Positions 62,124-64,000 of a DNA stretch of 64,000 nt are shown piece by piece (position 1 is the first letter of the stretch; the number at the start of each line of letters is the position of its first letter). The stretch spans positions 120,625 through 184,624 of the forward strand of contig CAWABY010000017.1 of assembly GCA_963780395.1 (NCBI GenBank). The letters run 5' to 3'. The position numbers and the translations under genes are program-made. Under the pieces are notes generated by a model that was not told the DNA's origin, ran no database searches, and saw nothing but the letters and a program-made list of their open reading frames with translations. The DNA is from an uncultured Solirubrobacterales bacterium (GTDB lineage Bacteria > Actinomycetota > Thermoleophilia > Solirubrobacterales > 70-9).

Positions 62124-64000
62124 TTAGGGCCCGGTCCAGCCGTTTGCGTAGCAGGGCCGCAGCACCGGGCCCGGGTCCGTGCACGGCAGGATGAAGCCGT
62201 TCGGGGCGAGGAAGTCCTCGATGTGCTGGAGGCCGTCGACCGAGCGGCGCGGATAGCCGTGCGGGTCCTCGCCGAAGCCGTTCTGTGGCCGCGGCGGCAC
62301 CTCGTCATTCGGCGGCACGCCAGAGCCCTGGCAGGTGTTGGTCAGCGGCACCGGTGAGGCCGGGTTGTTGGTGCACTCGATCACGTCCTCGCCGACCCCG
62401 TCGTTGAAGTAGCTCGATCGGGCCGCCGTCGTAGTAGACGAGCGCCGAGCCCGGTGAACGGCGTGAACGGCGCCGCGCCGAAGTCGATCCCCGGGATCTG
62501 CATGAACGGGTTCGACTCCCAGTGGCGGCCCGGGTCGACGGCCGGCTTGTAGATGCTGGCGCCGATCGTGCGCGCCTCGACCTCGGCCGTGATGTTCGCG
62601 ACCTGGTGGTCGCCGACCGCGGCCTGCATCAGGACCTCCTTCGCGGGCGTGTTCGCGAGCGGGTCGCTGGTGATGTGGTGCGCGTAGCCGTTGGTCTCGC
62701 CGCGGTCCCAGAGCAGCTGCATCATCGACAGGATCAGCGGCCGCTCGAGCTCGTTCGGGTAGAAGGCGTAGAGGCCGACCGACGGCAGCTCGGCGTACTC
62801 GTCGAAGTCGACGCTGCGGCGCAGCAGCGTCGAGTAGTTCATCCCGTTCACGTTCAGGACCGAGCGGTTGATGTCGGGCGAGAGCGCGGTCAGCGCCCCG
62901 CCCATGATCGCGCCCTGGCTGATCCCCTCGAAGTAGAGGTTCGAGGTGTCGATCACCGACTCGTCGGGATCGAGCGTCCCGCTCTCGTCCGCGTCGACCT
63001 TGAAGGCGTCGTCGGCGTTGAAGCCGTCGGGGTTGACGAGGGCGCGACCCAGGTAGTGGAAGTTGACGAAGCCCTGCTGCATCCGGTCCACGAGCTGGCG
63101 GAAGTTCGAGAGGTCCACCAGCGAGGCGCTGACGCCGGCGATGTCCTCCTCGGAGAAGCCCTCCCAGTTGACCGCGCACCAGACCGAGTTCTGCTGGTTC
63201 GCGAGCCTCGCCTGGCCGTTGACCTGGGTCCAGAGCCCGAGCAGGCCGTGGCCGTAGGTCCCGGGCTTGGCCTGGTCGACCTCGGTGCCGGAGTCCACGC
63301 TCGACGGGATGATGCAGCGGAACTTGACGCCGCCCGACCCCGTCTCGTTGACGAAGCTCGTCGGCGCCAGCGTCGGCTCGTCTGATCCGGGCGCGTAGGT
63401 GAAGTCCGACGTCACCGGCGGGCAGCCAGGCGCGTCCAGGTAGCAGGGCACGTTCGTGAGCACGCCGTCGACCTGGCGCAGGACGTTGCCCCCGGCCCCG
63501 TCGGGATCGCTCGTGCCCGTGACGGTGAACTGCGGCGCGGCTCCGTCGATGACGCCGTCGCCCGGCGTCTCGTCGCCGTCCTCGTCGCCGTCGATCGGGT
63601 CGCCCGGGGAGGGTGTCGCCGAGGCGCAGCAGCGCGTCGTCGCGGGTCGAGATCGCGCGGTTGCTGAGGCTGTGCTCGCTGGCGACCGTGAAGTCCCAGG
63701 TCATGTACAGGTTCGAGCGCTGGAAGCCGTTCGCCTGGAGCGTCGAGATCAGGCTCTCCACGTGCGGGCGCCGGCTCTCGACCGGGGCCTGCTGGGTGAT
63801 CAGCCGGTCGCGGTAGACGCGGAACGGCAGCGGCGGCTCGACGCTCGCGCCCGCGGCGTTCTTGAGGTTGCGGAGCGCGACGATGTAGCGGTGCCCCTCC
63901 TCGAAGTTGCGGGCCGGGCGGATGATCAGGTTCGAGTTCGCCGGGTCGCCCGACTTGCCGGGGACCAGCGGGTTGGCGTCGACCTCGGCCCAGATCGGGT
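62124..64000 (-). CDS. Secreted alpha/beta-hydrolase-like protein (GxSxG = GISQG); N-terminus off window; three +1 frame breaks (~63602, ~62449, ~62412) as sequenced
   Basis: Own translation of 64000-63600 gives ...IIRPARNFEEGHRYIVALRNL...LYMTWDFTVASEHSLSNRAISTRDDALLRLGDTLPG. The next frame continues DPIDGDEDGDE...VLTNVPCY (ORF 62381-63463, which contains YFEGISQGAIMGG). Then comes SALVYYDGGPIE in a third frame, followed by YFNDGVGEDVIECTNNP...CYANGWTGP* in ORF 62124-63761. Confidence 0.65.
   Translation of the reverse strand, partial: PIWAEVDANPLVPGKSGDPANSNLIIRPARNFEEGHRYIVALRNLKNAAGASVEPPLPFRVYRDRLITQQAPVESRRPHVESLISTLQANGFQRSNLYMTWDFTVASEHSLSNRAISTRDDALLRLGDTLPGRPDRRRRGRRRDAGRRRHRRSRAAVHRHGHERSRRGRGQRPAPGRRRAHERALLPGRAWLPAGDVGLHLRARIRRADAGADELRQRDGVGRRQVPLHHPVERGLRHRGRPGQARDLRPRPARALDPGQRPGEAREPAELGLVRGQLGGLLRGGHRRRQRLAGGPLELPPARGPDAAGLRQLPLPGSRPRQPRRLQRRRRLQGRRGRERDARSRRVGDRHLEPLLRGDQPGRDHGRGADRALARHQPLGPERERDELLDAAAPQRRLRRVRRAAVGRPLRLLPERARAAADPVDDAAALGPRRDQRLRAPHHQRPAREHAREGGPDAGRGRRPPGREHHGRGRGAHDRRQHLQAGRRPGPPLGVEPVHADPGDRLRRGAVHAVHRARRSSTTTAARSSYFNDGVGEDVIECTNNPASPVPLTNTCQGSGVPPNDEVPPRPQNGFGEDPHGYPRRSVDGLQHIEDFLAPNGFILPCTDPGPVLRPCYANGWTGP

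Overview
This is a high-GC (about 70% or more by eye) bacterial chromosomal segment. Gene content and codon style suggest a deep-branching actinobacterium (Thermoleophilia/Rubrobacteria-like), but that assignment is inference only. I can support about 65 protein genes, one tRNA and two intrinsic terminators. Many long ORFs in the supplied track are antisense or out-of-frame shadows typical of high-GC DNA. Several listed ORFs are chimeras of two real genes (7023-9440, 16304-17608, 18983-20557, 51981-54725). The housekeeping content is as follows:
- rarA and an aldehyde dehydrogenase.
- A tightly coupled ccmA-ccmB-ccmC-ccmD-hemA-hemC-cobA/hemD operon.
- A SAM hydrolase, birA and a large SF2 helicase.
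- A TlpA-like lipoprotein, nfeD-SPFH, a GNAT and galT.
- pyrE, an L,D-transpeptidase, a class A PBP and thiL.
- An mprAB/pepD-like two-component system plus HtrA.
- An IMPase-like gene followed by treT-like and otsA genes.
- The rpsF-ssb-rpsR-rplI-dnaB block followed by a DnaC/DnaI-like loader, then purA.

The accessory-looking parts are:
- A patch at 20.6-24.3 kb with visibly lower GC3 around tRNA-Arg(CCU). A 42-bp copy of the tRNA 3' half recurs 1.2 kb downstream and brackets a single PD40/RTX-repeat gene almost exactly.
- A GT2 / methyltransferase / two large polytopic membrane protein cluster at 24.8-30 kb.
- Two GT87/DUF2029-like membrane proteins.
- A decayed spacer at 40.3-40.8 kb.

I found no CRISPR array, transposase, integrase or recognisable defence system. 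The most pervasive signal is that at least 10 sites in 7 conserved genes only read correctly if exactly one base is skipped, always +1. The affected genes include rpsF, ccmC and an Ldt catalytic motif. This most likely reflects insertion-type sequence errors, and it affects how every ORF call here should be read.
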